This document shows, in pieces, positions 16,222-24,268 of a stretch of 25,716 bases of DNA; the stretch's first letter is position 1, and every line of letters begins with the position of its first letter. Both the position numbers and the translations under genes were made by a program. Source of the stretch: a virus (taxonomy: Duplodnaviria > Caudoviricetes); IMG/VR virus record IMGVR_UViG_3300024283_000173, positions 1-25,716 of that record, one strand, 5' to 3'. The notes under the pieces were generated by a model. It was not told the DNA's origin. It ran no database searches and was given only the letters and a program-made list of their open reading frames with translations.

Positions 16222-16614
16222 ATGGCAAAGCAACTGGCAGTGAAAGAACTGGACTTTCAGCAATTAACGGACGAACACGCAAAGCACTCTATTTCGAGTA
16301 TGCGCGAAGAATTAGCAGCAGGCGAAGAAGAGCGCGAGCGCATTGCGAGCGAAGGCGCATTGAGTGTGGAAGTACGCTCAGACTGGTACGCTCCAGGAGA
16401 CGTTGCTGATGCGTTTCCGAGCGAGTACCGCATCTTACTTAGTACCGGCGGTCCTGCCTCGCGCATCGTGGGCGAATTGGATGAGCGCGGACAGGTAATA
16501 AACGCAAAGTTTGAGTATCAGGACTGGTTCAAGCCGTGGACAGTGGCGCGACTAAGCGATGAGGATGAGGCAACATTGTTGGAGTATGCGCGGCAATTCT
16601 GGTTTGGAGTATAA
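16222..16614 (+). CDS. Phage early protein (ILLSTGGPA.RI.GEL...QDWF.PW)
   Basis: Recognisable recurring phage motif of unknown function; GGAGG RBS. Confidence 0.75.
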   Translation: MAKQLAVKELDFQQLTDEHAKHSISSMREELAAGEEERERIASEGALSVEVRSDWYAPGDVADAFPSEYRILLSTGGPASRIVGELDERGQVINAKFEYQDWFKPWTVARLSDEDEATLLEYARQFWFGV

Positions 16615-16626
16615 GGAGGCAGGATC

Positions 16627-16818
16627 ATGAGACAGGGAATTGCCATTGTCATGCTCTTGGGGATCATGCTGCTGATCTATGTAGATTACAGGCAGCGGCA
16701 GACTATCGCCGAGTTGATCGAATTGAATCACGACAAGAGTGTGTATATTGACGCGGGATGTCAGGGAAGGTTTCAGGGTTCAGAAGAGTGGCTTTCGACG
16801 GAAAGGAAAGAACAATGA
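16627..16818 (+). CDS. Small membrane-anchored protein (63 aa)
   Basis: N-terminal TM helix; GGAGG RBS. Confidence 0.65.
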   Translation: MRQGIAIVMLLGIMLLIYVDYRQRQTIAELIELNHDKSVYIDAGCQGRFQGSEEWLSTERKEQ

Positions 16819-17408
16819 GGATCACAAGGGAAGTAGCGTTAACCGAAGTGTGGCTGGATGAGCAGGCGAGACTATGGCCGGCAGTTCCGGCTAAAGTGTG
16901 GGCAGCTGAACTAGGCAAAGCGCTGGTGTGGTTCGTAGGCCTAGTACTGCTCCTTTTAGGCATGGCATTGCTGGCGCCGGAGAGCAAGGCAGACAGTATA
17001 AACGTGTCGTTTGTAGCGTCGGAATTGGATCAGGGCACGGTGCTACCGTTGGCTGGTGGCGTAGACGTACAGCTTGCGGGAAACTTGATCCAAGCACAGA
17101 ACCAGACGTGGGGGAAAGAATGGCTGGACGGTAGCCTCACGTTGAGTATTGAGAGCGTCCTCCGGGCGATTAGCCTGTATGTGTGGCCGGGTGGGCCTAC
17201 TGAGATAACCAAGGACCATACTGAATTTAGTATCGTGTGGCTGCAGAGCACCATTGCGATTGATCCGCGGCTTACGGGGGGATTTGATACGACTGTAGTC
17301 AACTTTGGGGAACAGCCGGTGGTACCTACGCCTGAGCCGGCAGTGTGGGCGATGGTACTGGTAGGACTGCTTGGGTTGTTGGTGATTCGGAAGGAGGCAA
17401 GGTCATGA
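16815..17408 (+). CDS. PEP-CTERM sorting-domain surface protein (197 aa)
   Basis: Signal-like helix ending APESKADSI; C-terminal TPEPAVWAMVLVGLLGLLVIRK. Confidence 0.8.
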   Translation: MRITREVALTEVWLDEQARLWPAVPAKVWAAELGKALVWFVGLVLLLLGMALLAPESKADSINVSFVASELDQGTVLPLAGGVDVQLAGNLIQAQNQTWGKEWLDGSLTLSIESVLRAISLYVWPGGPTEITKDHTEFSIVWLQSTIAIDPRLTGGFDTTVVNFGEQPVVPTPEPAVWAMVLVGLLGLLVIRKEARS

Positions 17409-17653
17409 CTTGCAAGGTATGCAATAGTGAGCGAGTAGTGCAAGTAAAAGCCGCAGGACAGGGGCATGAGGATGATTTAGCGGAATACGAACCTTGCCCG
17501 AAATGTGGTCAAGATCAATCGCCAGAACTATTGGCATTGAAGGACATCCGGGCAACCATCGAAACCATGTACGCCACACCTGATGCGATGGATGATCCAG
17601 TCTGGAAAATAGCTAATGCGGCAATAGCGAAGGCGGAAGGGCCACGCCTATGA
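17405..17653 (+). CDS. Zn-finger protein with PELL.L...AAIAKAEG tail
   Basis: CKVC and CPKC pairs; ATGA coupling. Confidence 0.7.
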   Translation: MTCKVCNSERVVQVKAAGQGHEDDLAEYEPCPKCGQDQSPELLALKDIRATIETMYATPDAMDDPVWKIANAAIAKAEGPRL

Positions 17654-17742
17654 GTACGTTGCTAGTCACGCTGGCAGGACTGGCTGGGCTGGGAATTCTG
17701 TTGTGGGTAGTCAAGAGGGATGTACGGGAATTGTCGGAATAG
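17650..17742 (+). CDS. 30-aa hydrophobic peptide
   Basis: ATGA coupling; MSTLLVTLAGLAGLGILLWVVKRDVRELSE; not in ORF track. Confidence 0.55.
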   Translation: MSTLLVTLAGLAGLGILLWVVKRDVRELSE

Positions 17743-17811
17743 AGGTTCAAGAGCTTTAAGGTTTGAGCTTTACAACGTAAAAGGATGATTTGACGGTTTA
17801 AGGAGGCAACC

Positions 17812-17967
17812 ATGAGTACGATTGAGAAAGAGCTGTTGCAAGCATTGCGTGACCTGCAAGAGAGGCTTCACAGCACCATAAAACTAGACGTTAGGAAACA
17901 CTATTCGTTGATGGTGGCCGATGCCCAAGCGAGTACGGCGATCGTCAAGGCTGAGGGGCGGATATGA
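17812..17967 (+). CDS. 51-aa protein (ELLQAL...AIVKAEG)
   Basis: AGGAGG RBS; not in ORF track. Confidence 0.7.
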   Translation: MSTIEKELLQALRDLQERLHSTIKLDVRKHYSLMVADAQASTAIVKAEGRI

Positions 17968-18158
17968 GATACGGAGGCTCAATACGGGCGTATCAGGCGA
18001 TTGAGCATGACCTGGCAGACCTGCTGGCGGATGTGGATAGTGAAGATGCGAGGGTGTATATGCCGCACAGGGATGACGACATGGCGGTATGGGAACGACG
18101 AGTGCAAGGAGCATATGCGCGTGCACAAGGGGAAGGAATAACGTCATGGGAGAACTAA
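17964..18158 (+). CDS. Hypothetical protein (64 aa)
   Basis: ATGA coupling. Confidence 0.55.
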   Translation: MRYGGSIRAYQAIEHDLADLLADVDSEDARVYMPHRDDDMAVWERRVQGAYARAQGEGITSWEN

Positions 18159-18160
18159 AC

Positions 18161-18466
18161 ATGGCTGGGTGGCTTGAGGATCATGCTACGGATGCCGCTA
18201 GGACGGCTCAGACGGGCGATCTCCCTGTGGATGATGTCCAAGGTCAACCAGAAGGCGATCGTGGCTTGCAGAGCACTGGGAATGCGTTTAATGACCCTTT
18301 ACAGTTGATGCTGGAACGTACTTGGGGACTCCTGAACAGGCCTAAGATGCATGCCCACGCCTGTTGCAAGTGTTTTCATCTCCGGCCATGCGTACAGCAG
18401 CCGTGTGCGTACCGGGCAACGGATCTGGAGCGGGAATGGGATTGCGGTTGTGGAAAGGCGGCATGA
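18161..18466 (+). CDS. Cys/His-rich hypothetical protein
   Basis: GGAGA RBS; HACCKCFH..C...C...CGC. Confidence 0.55.
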   Translation: MAGWLEDHATDAARTAQTGDLPVDDVQGQPEGDRGLQSTGNAFNDPLQLMLERTWGLLNRPKMHAHACCKCFHLRPCVQQPCAYRATDLEREWDCGCGKAA

Positions 18467-18467
18467 T

Positions 18468-18620
18468 ATGGGCGAAGATGAGGAAATCTGCGAGCATTGT
18501 GACCATCCGGTAAGCCTGCATGAGGCCGAATACGGCTGCGAGTATGAGAAGGATGTGCCTGATCCCGATATTGGCTGGCGGGCTTGGCGTTGTGGGTGTA
18601 CGAAGGTGGTGAAGTCATGA
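18468..18620 (+). CDS. Small Zn-finger protein (C..C.H...H...C...CGC)
   Basis: Cys/His pattern; start shortened from the ORF track. Confidence 0.6.
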   Translation: MGEDEEICEHCDHPVSLHEAEYGCEYEKDVPDPDIGWRAWRCGCTKVVKS

Positions 18621-18694
18621 CTGAGCTATGGGAATGGGCGGTGGTGCTAGTGGTGGTAGCGGTCAAGGTGATCCGCTGGTGGGTGGAGCGATGA
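18617..18694 (+). CDS. 25-aa hydrophobic peptide
   Basis: ATGA coupling at both ends; MTELWEWAVVLVVVAVKVIRWWVER. Confidence 0.55.
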   Translation: MTELWEWAVVLVVVAVKVIRWWVER

Positions 18695-18966
18695 CTGACC
18701 GGATAGGTAAGCTGCTGGAGCATGTGGGCCTAATGATTCAGCGCGAAGGCACTCAGTTCGCCAAGCAGAATCCTCGCGCTAATGACACGGATTATCGGGA
18801 GTTCGCGGTGGGGATAATGAATCGAGAGTTGGGCCCACTGCTTCGCGCTGGGCAGGCGATGCGGGACGAGATGGCACTAGACCCCGATTGCAGCCAAAGT
18901 GACAACCGATACATTCGAGCTTGGGACGATGCGCTGGCCACACTGGAGGATCGGGATGGGAAGTAA
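18691..18966 (+). CDS. Hypothetical protein
   Basis: ATGA coupling. Confidence 0.6.
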   Translation: MTDRIGKLLEHVGLMIQREGTQFAKQNPRANDTDYREFAVGIMNRELGPLLRAGQAMRDEMALDPDCSQSDNRYIRAWDDALATLEDRDGK

Positions 18967-19225
18967 GGGGAAGAAGTTTCTGATAGCTACACCAATGGCT
19001 GTTCTAAACGAATTAGCGGAACAATTCGTAGACGCACACAAGCTTCAGTACTGTATGCATTGGAACGGACATTTCTGCGCGATTTGCGCTACTGATGACT
19101 TGGCTCATCTGCTAGGGAAAGTTTTCGTTCAAGGAAGAGTCTCAATGTCGCAGGAAATTTACAAGCATGTGCTACCACCCGCCCGTGAAGCCGGTCCAGC
19201 GCGAGGGAAGAGGAGCACGAAATGA
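18956..19225 (+). CDS. Hypothetical protein (C.H...HFCAIC)
   Basis: GGAGG RBS. Confidence 0.6.
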   Translation: MGSKGKKFLIATPMAVLNELAEQFVDAHKLQYCMHWNGHFCAICATDDLAHLLGKVFVQGRVSMSQEIYKHVLPPAREAGPARGKRSTK

Positions 19226-19380
19226 GCGAAACGAAATATAGCTACGATGAAAAGTGTGAAGAACTGGCAAGGTATTTCCTGCCTCGTGGTACGCCAGAAG
19301 CTATCGCTGAGTTGGCACAAGTGATTCAGGATGCCATTGAGCATGCCATTGGACTGTTCGAGGAGAGGAGCTATGAGTAA
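19222..19380 (+). CDS. 52-aa protein (YDEKCEELA..FL...LAQ.IQ)
   Basis: AGGAG RBS, ATGA coupling; not in ORF track. Confidence 0.65.
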   Translation: MSETKYSYDEKCEELARYFLPRGTPEAIAELAQVIQDAIEHAIGLFEERSYE

Positions 19381-19573
19381 AAGCCCGGAACATCCATCAG
19401 ATATTTGTACCTGTGGCGACTTCCGCTGTCAGCACAAACCGTGGTGTTTTTGCGGATGCGTTAAATTCAAAAATTTCTCTAAAGCTAGTCCGCAGGATTT
19501 GGAGATTTGGAGGAAGTATTACAAAGCAATTGCAGAGACAAAGCGAGAACAGGCTTGTGAAGGAGATTTCTAA
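19373..19573 (+). CDS. Small Zn-finger protein (CTCGD...H..C.CGC..F)
   Basis: GAGGAG RBS. Confidence 0.65.
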   Translation: MSKSPEHPSDICTCGDFRCQHKPWCFCGCVKFKNFSKASPQDLEIWRKYYKAIAETKREQACEGDF

Positions 19574-20127
19574 TGATAATTAAGAAAGAAGCTAAGCCAT
19601 CATCCGCATTCGATTGGTATTGGCGCAGCAATCCAAGCAACTTCGAGCAGGTAACTACATTGGACGGGCAGATGATTCTGGCGTGGCGCGCATGGTGCGC
19701 TGCGCTGTATTTGAATGGCCTAACAACCGACGCCGCCCGCCCTCAAGAGCCAACCGCCAGCCAGCAGGTACGGCAGCTGGTAGCGAAACTACGGAAAAGA
19801 GATATTGCCGATTCAGCTTACAAGGACAGTCAGTTCTGGAAAGACCTGTATGCATTGCTTGACCAGCTAGATGAAGCAGCCCTAGCTACCCAGGCCAGCC
19901 AGCCACCGGAGGCACAAGACGCACTAGCCAAAGCACACGATGAGGGATTACGCGAAGGAATCAAGGTTGGATTCATCGGCGGGGAGCGGTCTATGGCTGA
20001 GAAGGCGGGGCAGGAGCTTACGAACATCTGGATTGGTGGCATGACGACGCAAGAAGTCAGGACAGCATTTCTAGCGACCATTCGCGCTCTTGCCGCCGTC
20101 GAGCCGCCGCAGGAGCCTAAGCCATGA
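19573..20127 (+). CDS. Hypothetical protein (184 aa)
   Basis: AGGAG RBS; TAATG coupling. Confidence 0.65.
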   Translation: MIIKKEAKPSSAFDWYWRSNPSNFEQVTTLDGQMILAWRAWCAALYLNGLTTDAARPQEPTASQQVRQLVAKLRKRDIADSAYKDSQFWKDLYALLDQLDEAALATQASQPPEAQDALAKAHDEGLREGIKVGFIGGERSMAEKAGQELTNIWIGGMTTQEVRTAFLATIRALAAVEPPQEPKP

Positions 20128-20270
20128 GCATTAAGCCAATTTTCGCTTGGTACGACTTGTGGGTAGGGTTCTATTGGGATAAAGAACGGCGAGTGCTGTA
20201 CTTTTTCCCGTTACCTACAATCGGATTCAAGATTAACTTTAGCCAGCACCGCTACTGGAGAAGCCGATGA
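20124..20270 (+). CDS. 48-aa protein (FAWYDLWVGFYWD...LY..P.P)
   Basis: Recurring phage micro-protein motif; coupled at both ends; not in ORF track. Confidence 0.7.
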   Translation: MSIKPIFAWYDLWVGFYWDKERRVLYFFPLPTIGFKINFSQHRYWRSR

Positions 20271-20458
20271 GCGACAAGATTTACTACCACAAGCATTTCT
20301 GCCCATGCTGCCAAAAGAGCTATGACTGCGTTCTTTCGGAGTGCGAGTCTAGCGACGGTAAAGAAGAAACCTGTTCACGCTGCTGGATGGTTGGCCTTGG
20401 AAGGGCCGCACCAGAAGAGATTCATTCTGTAATTACCTACGCCACGAGGAAGCCATGA
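20267..20458 (+). CDS. Cys-rich protein (63 aa)
   Basis: H.H.CPCC...C...C...CSRC. Confidence 0.6.
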   Translation: MSDKIYYHKHFCPCCQKSYDCVLSECESSDGKEETCSRCWMVGLGRAAPEEIHSVITYATRKP

Positions 20459-20498
20459 TCGGAGACACCATGAAGCGATTCTGGATAGTTGGGCTGCG

Positions 20499-20699
20499 AT
20501 GATGCAAAGATTCATTCCCGCTAAGCCGATTAAGGGAAATGTGCCATGTGAGGCGAGCATGTCGTATCGCCCAGACGTTTCTAGTTGCTCGCTGAAAGCT
20601 AGATGGCGACTCAGGAACGGAGAGAAATTGTGCGGGCTGCATTACTTTGCAATGTTGCGTCGTGCAGACAGGGAACAAAAGAGTTTGGGACGCTCCTAA
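20499..20699 (+). CDS. Hypothetical protein (C...C...LCGLH)
   Basis: Cys/His pattern. Confidence 0.5.
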   Translation: MMQRFIPAKPIKGNVPCEASMSYRPDVSSCSLKARWRLRNGEKLCGLHYFAMLRRADREQKSLGRS

Positions 20700-20817
20700 G
20701 CCAAAGTACTGGAGCATAACGGCACGGAATGTCGCGGGCGAGAGAAAAGGCGCAAGCCGAGTACACACCTGCGGTTGTTATGGCTGCTCGCCACCCAAAG
20801 AGTTTACTGGAGGAGAT

Positions 20818-20949
20818 ATGAACAGGTTTTGGATTACCGGACCGCACCGCGAGATAGTCTGGCCTTGCTGGTTCAAGAGCCGAGCGCAGGCTACGGCGTG
20901 GCGGGACCGCTGGGCTTGGGGGGAAGGGTGCCGGGTGATACGCGCATGA
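20818..20949 (+). CDS. 43-aa Trp-rich protein
   Basis: GGAGGAG RBS; MNRFWITGPH... Confidence 0.6.
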   Translation: MNRFWITGPHREIVWPCWFKSRAQATAWRDRWAWGEGCRVIRA

Positions 20950-21179
20950 AGCCACCAACTTGGAATATCACTATCCGACCGTGGAATGCTTCTGGTGGCA
21001 GTTCAGTCCACGACGAAATGGCCTACGTCCGCGGCAAGACGGCGCACCACGCCATAATGAACTTCTATGGAGGCCATGAGGCCAGAGGCTATGACTTTAC
21101 GATTTGGCGGATTATTGACGTTACTCAGGCTAGCAGCAACCACGACGAAGTGGCCCGGGCGGTAAACGACGAGGGTTAA
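20946..21179 (+). CDS. Hypothetical protein (77 aa)
   Basis: ATGA coupling. Confidence 0.55.
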   Translation: MKPPTWNITIRPWNASGGSSVHDEMAYVRGKTAHHAIMNFYGGHEARGYDFTIWRIIDVTQASSNHDEVARAVNDEG

Positions 21180-21439
21180 AGTTTGGCTTCCATCCCCTGC
21201 AGATAGGCAATCCGTTGTTCCAGCTCCGCCTTGCGCTCCAGCATGGCTGTATAGTCTCGTTCCTGGTGTTCCAGCCGGATCAGCTCCATGACGCACGAGG
21301 CGATCTCCTCGCTGATGAGGTAGGACACCCGGGCATTATCCAAGGGTGTGGTGAACTCGCGGAATGAGGGCTCCATCATGGGCGGCAGAATAAGCAGAGC
21401 TCGAATAGCGATGCAATACCGTGGAATACGAATTAACAT
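21176..21439 (-). CDS. Hypothetical coiled-coil protein (start uncertain)
   Basis: Stop overlaps the convergent gene (TTAA); C-terminal heptads. Confidence 0.4.
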   Translation of the reverse strand: MLIRIPRYCIAIRALLILPPMMEPSFREFTTPLDNARVSYLISEEIASCVMELIRLEHQERDYTAMLERKAELEQRIAYLQGMEAKL

Positions 21440-21476
21440 GGGCGTTAATTACCAAAATTTCCTTAGAGGAGAGACC

Positions 21477-21698
21477 ATGCACAATTACCTGTTGAAGCTC
21501 AGGCTTCTTAAGATCTCACCCGGGGTTGCAAATCTTGAAGTACGGCATGACGACTGGTGCCTTATCTACAACGGAGGAGAGTGTAATTGCGATCCCGACC
21601 TCTACCTCCACCCCGCAACCTCGGCACAAGAGTTCACAAAGAAGTTCCTTGAACTAGATAAAGAATCCCGCACGGCATTCAATTCCAAACGGAATTGA
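21477..21698 (+). CDS. Small protein with HDDWC....G.CNC.PD motif
   Basis: GAGGAG RBS; recurring phage metal-binding motif. Confidence 0.7.
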   Translation: MHNYLLKLRLLKISPGVANLEVRHDDWCLIYNGGECNCDPDLYLHPATSAQEFTKKFLELDKESRTAFNSKRN

Positions 21699-21721
21699 TT
21701 CCCCATACTAGTACTCTGAAG

Positions 21722-21748
21722 AAAAAGCGAAGACTTAGTTCGCTTTTT
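21722..21748. terminator. Bidirectional intrinsic terminator
   Basis: AAAAAGCGAA-GACTTAG-TTCGCTTTTT between convergent genes. Confidence 0.7.
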
Positions 21749-21800
21749 GTTCCCTCATAAAGTAATACTTTAAGATTTTTAACCTATTGAAAACACGAAA

Positions 21801-21920
21801 CTTTAAGTCCTTTAGATTCGGTGAGAGGTGTAATAGTAGTATTTTAAGAAGACACTACGGGACGGTCATTGTACGCGACCCTTCCTAATACACCTCTCAC
21901 TGAAACTAAAAGACTTAGAG
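21801..21920. repeat. 36-bp inverted repeat (31/36 identical) with 48-bp spacer; candidate origin
   Basis: 21801-21836 vs reverse complement of 21885-21920, in AT-rich DNA. Confidence 0.8.
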
Positions 21921-22666
21921 GCTATTTTGGATAGGTCGATTTCGGTGGTTTTTCGATTAAAATTGAGTATCCCATTCTCACTGAAGGAACCTTCTATTTC
22001 CATTCGCCTTCCAGCCTTGGGGCAGACGTACAGAATGCGCCTGGGATCGTCGGCCGCGGTAGGATCCTTACGCTCGATGAGAAGCACGGTAGAACTGTAA
22101 TAGCCCCATGCGGAGACGCCGGAGACGCGCTGGCGGGCATCCTGATAGCGTTCCTGTGGTTTTAGCTTGGGAGATTCGACCACGCCTAGGATGGTCAGAC
22201 CTTCAGGGAAGTCCTTGGATACCTCGGTATAGCAGCTCATTTCGTCCAGGAACGCCGTTACTTGGTAGGAGAGGCCGGGAGGCTCGATATATCGCTGGAA
22301 GGCTTCTATGACGGCAAAGCGGGCTCCGCTCTTGGCTATGGCTTCCATTAGCTGACGCTTAGTCTTCCGGTCCTTGCCAAATGCCGGGATGATGGGAACC
22401 TTCTCAGGATCTATGCCCATATCCAGTAGCGTGCGGTTAGCCGTGCGCTCCGTGCGGTCGCCGGCCACGTAGACCCACGGTACAGGGTAGGACTTGCAGC
22501 CTACTACCGCGTTGCCCTGCTGCCACTCGAGTAGCCAGCTGAATAGCCATCGAGTCTTGCCAGCGTCGGATGTGCCGGCTAATAGGTGAACCTCCTGGGT
22601 GGGCAGGAACGGTTCAATAATGAATTGCGTTGGTGAATCTTGGATAGGGTCAGACTGGTCAGTCAT
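21866..22666 (-). CDS. AAA_25 / RepA-like P-loop ATPase (helicase domain)
   Basis: FIIEPFLP...HLLAGTSDAGKT Walker A; FAVIE Walker-B-like; SGVSAW motif; start ATG 22666 with GGAG RBS. Confidence 0.8.
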   Translation of the reverse strand: MTDQSDPIQDSPTQFIIEPFLPTQEVHLLAGTSDAGKTRWLFSWLLEWQQGNAVVGCKSYPVPWVYVAGDRTERTANRTLLDMGIDPEKVPIIPAFGKDRKTKRQLMEAIAKSGARFAVIEAFQRYIEPPGLSYQVTAFLDEMSCYTEVSKDFPEGLTILGVVESPKLKPQERYQDARQRVSGVSAWGYYSSTVLLIERKDPTAADDPRRILYVCPKAGRRMEIEGSFSENGILNFNRKTTEIDLSKIASKSFSFSERCIRKGRVQ

Positions 22667-22901
22667 AGGGCTCCAAGTAAGTGTGAAGGGCCAGCCTTGG
22701 AGAACCAGCCCTTCCACCTGATTCCGTTGGTCAACGGGCGAGACCGCGAATCTCGCCCTTACATATTACTCCCGATGTCAAGCCCGTTAAGGCTGAAATT
22801 CAATACCATTAGTGGTGTTTAGGTGGGCTTACAACCCGCTGCATCTTGTTGTGGCGCAGACGAATAAACGGTGCTAGGGTGGCGCTTTCTCGGAGGCGCC
22901 C

Positions 22902-23072
22902 GTGCTTAAATTTGAATTCTCAGTAGATAAAGCCAAGAACGGTTTCGTTATCTATTACAAAGGCGGACAGTCCACCTCAATCCACACTGACATTGAATCG
23001 GTTTTGTCCGCATTGAGTGAGTATCTCGACGAAGAAGTGTATGAGTGGGTCGCAAAGGGTTATAAAGACTGA
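22902..23072 (+). CDS. 56-aa protein (V.KA.NGFVI motif)
   Basis: GTG start with GGAGG RBS; not in ORF track. Confidence 0.65.
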   Translation: MLKFEFSVDKAKNGFVIYYKGGQSTSIHTDIESVLSALSEYLDEEVYEWVAKGYKD

Positions 23073-23080
23073 AATAAACC

Positions 23081-23109
23081 TTGACTTCTACACCGTAGTG
23101 TGCAACAAT
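23081..23109 (+). promoter_or_regulatory. Promoter with operator-like palindrome
   Basis: TTGACT-N17-AACAAT; ACAC-CGTA-GTGT in the spacer. Confidence 0.6.
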
Positions 23110-23118
23110 GTGTGCACC

Positions 23119-23289
23119 ATGAGTACAAAGAAGAAGGGCGCATTACCGTATCGGCTGCCGACTCTACGATGCAAGCGTTGCAAGCATGAATGGCATCCCA
23201 GGTCGAATCACAGGCCGGTACGTTGTGGGAAGTGCAAGAGTCCGTATTGGGATAGAGAGCCGGTGATGGCTACAGAGGAAGCATCATGA
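23119..23289 (+). CDS. Zn-ribbon protein (CKRC.HEW.PR...P..CGKCKSPYWD, 56 aa)
   Basis: Clear C4 motif; near-leaderless start. Confidence 0.75.
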   Translation: MSTKKKGALPYRLPTLRCKRCKHEWHPRSNHRPVRCGKCKSPYWDREPVMATEEAS

Positions 23290-23498
23290 GTAGGTGGACT
23301 CACGCAATTTGTATCTCTTGCTGGAATTCACGGAATCCTGAGCGGGAACCTGTTCGGATTAAGGAAGAATTCCTTGATGAGACAGCGGAGCCGTGCTGCT
23401 TTTGTAGCAGACCACAACAGAGTGGAATCTTCATACGCGAAGATCCCAATTCGATTTCTTGCAAAGGATCTGGACCAGTACATGAGGAGGCATCATGA
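23286..23498 (+). CDS. Cys-rich protein (70 aa)
   Basis: H.IC..CW...CCFC; ATGA coupling. Confidence 0.7.
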   Translation: MSRWTHAICISCWNSRNPEREPVRIKEEFLDETAEPCCFCSRPQQSGIFIREDPNSISCKGSGPVHEEAS

Positions 23499-23692
23499 AG
23501 CTGACAGGGAAGGTAGTGAAGATTGAGTCGGGATCGCAGTTCACCGATAAGCAACAGCGCGTGCTGATCCGTTTCAATGAGGCGGAGAGCGGGATGTATG
23601 ACTCTCTCCGTATCATCAATTCAGATGACTACGAGATTGATGACGACATTGAGGTTGAACTGCACGCAGTGATCCTCAAGGAAGCGTTCTAA
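23495..23692 (+). CDS. Hypothetical beta-rich protein (65 aa)
   Basis: GAGGAGG RBS. Confidence 0.65.
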   Translation: MKLTGKVVKIESGSQFTDKQQRVLIRFNEAESGMYDSLRIINSDDYEIDDDIEVELHAVILKEAF

Positions 23693-23696
23693 AGAG

Positions 23697-24086
23697 ATGG
23701 GACACCCAGCCCGTAACCGGAAGTCTGCAATGAAGAAGCCACTAGTCAGTTCTTTGCGGAAGAACACGACAGTGGCGCAGGCGAAAGGGATCGTGAAGGA
23801 TGTCCCGCACCCCGGCCAGCCAGCGACTCAAAGTTCAGTCCCTCAGCTGAACTCTCGTGCTCGACCCACGGACAACCCGTTGGCTGGCCTCAATCTCTCT
23901 GAGGACGAATGGGACACGCTGTTCTGCCTGGCTATCAAGGATCACTTTGAGAGAGAGCAGGTATGGGTACCGTCAGTGTTGAGGACCATGGCGTTGCTGG
24001 AAGGGATTAACGATAAGACGGGACGGCCGTGCAGGATATATGTACGCCCAGGGAAGAGAGTTCTAATTGTGGAGACGCTGTCATGA
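23697..24086 (+). CDS. Hypothetical protein (129 aa)
   Basis: Operon-fitting ORF. Confidence 0.55.
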   Translation: MGHPARNRKSAMKKPLVSSLRKNTTVAQAKGIVKDVPHPGQPATQSSVPQLNSRARPTDNPLAGLNLSEDEWDTLFCLAIKDHFEREQVWVPSVLRTMALLEGINDKTGRPCRIYVRPGKRVLIVETLS

Positions 24087-24268
24087 GTAAGAAGGTAATG
24101 ACTCCACAAGAGTTTGCCGACAAGATTCGCGCTATTGAGGAAACTCACGGTGGAGACAATGAAGCCATGCACTCTGAGGCCGATGATCTGATGTGCAAGT
24201 TGCTCCGTGAGATGGGTTACGGAGAAGGAATAGCGATATACGAAGAATGGACACGGTGGTATGCGTGA
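24083..24268 (+). CDS. Phage protein (D.E..H..AD.L.C.LL...GY...WYA)
   Basis: Recurring motif; ATGA coupling. Confidence 0.7.
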   Translation: MSKKVMTPQEFADKIRAIEETHGGDNEAMHSEADDLMCKLLREMGYGEGIAIYEEWTRWYA

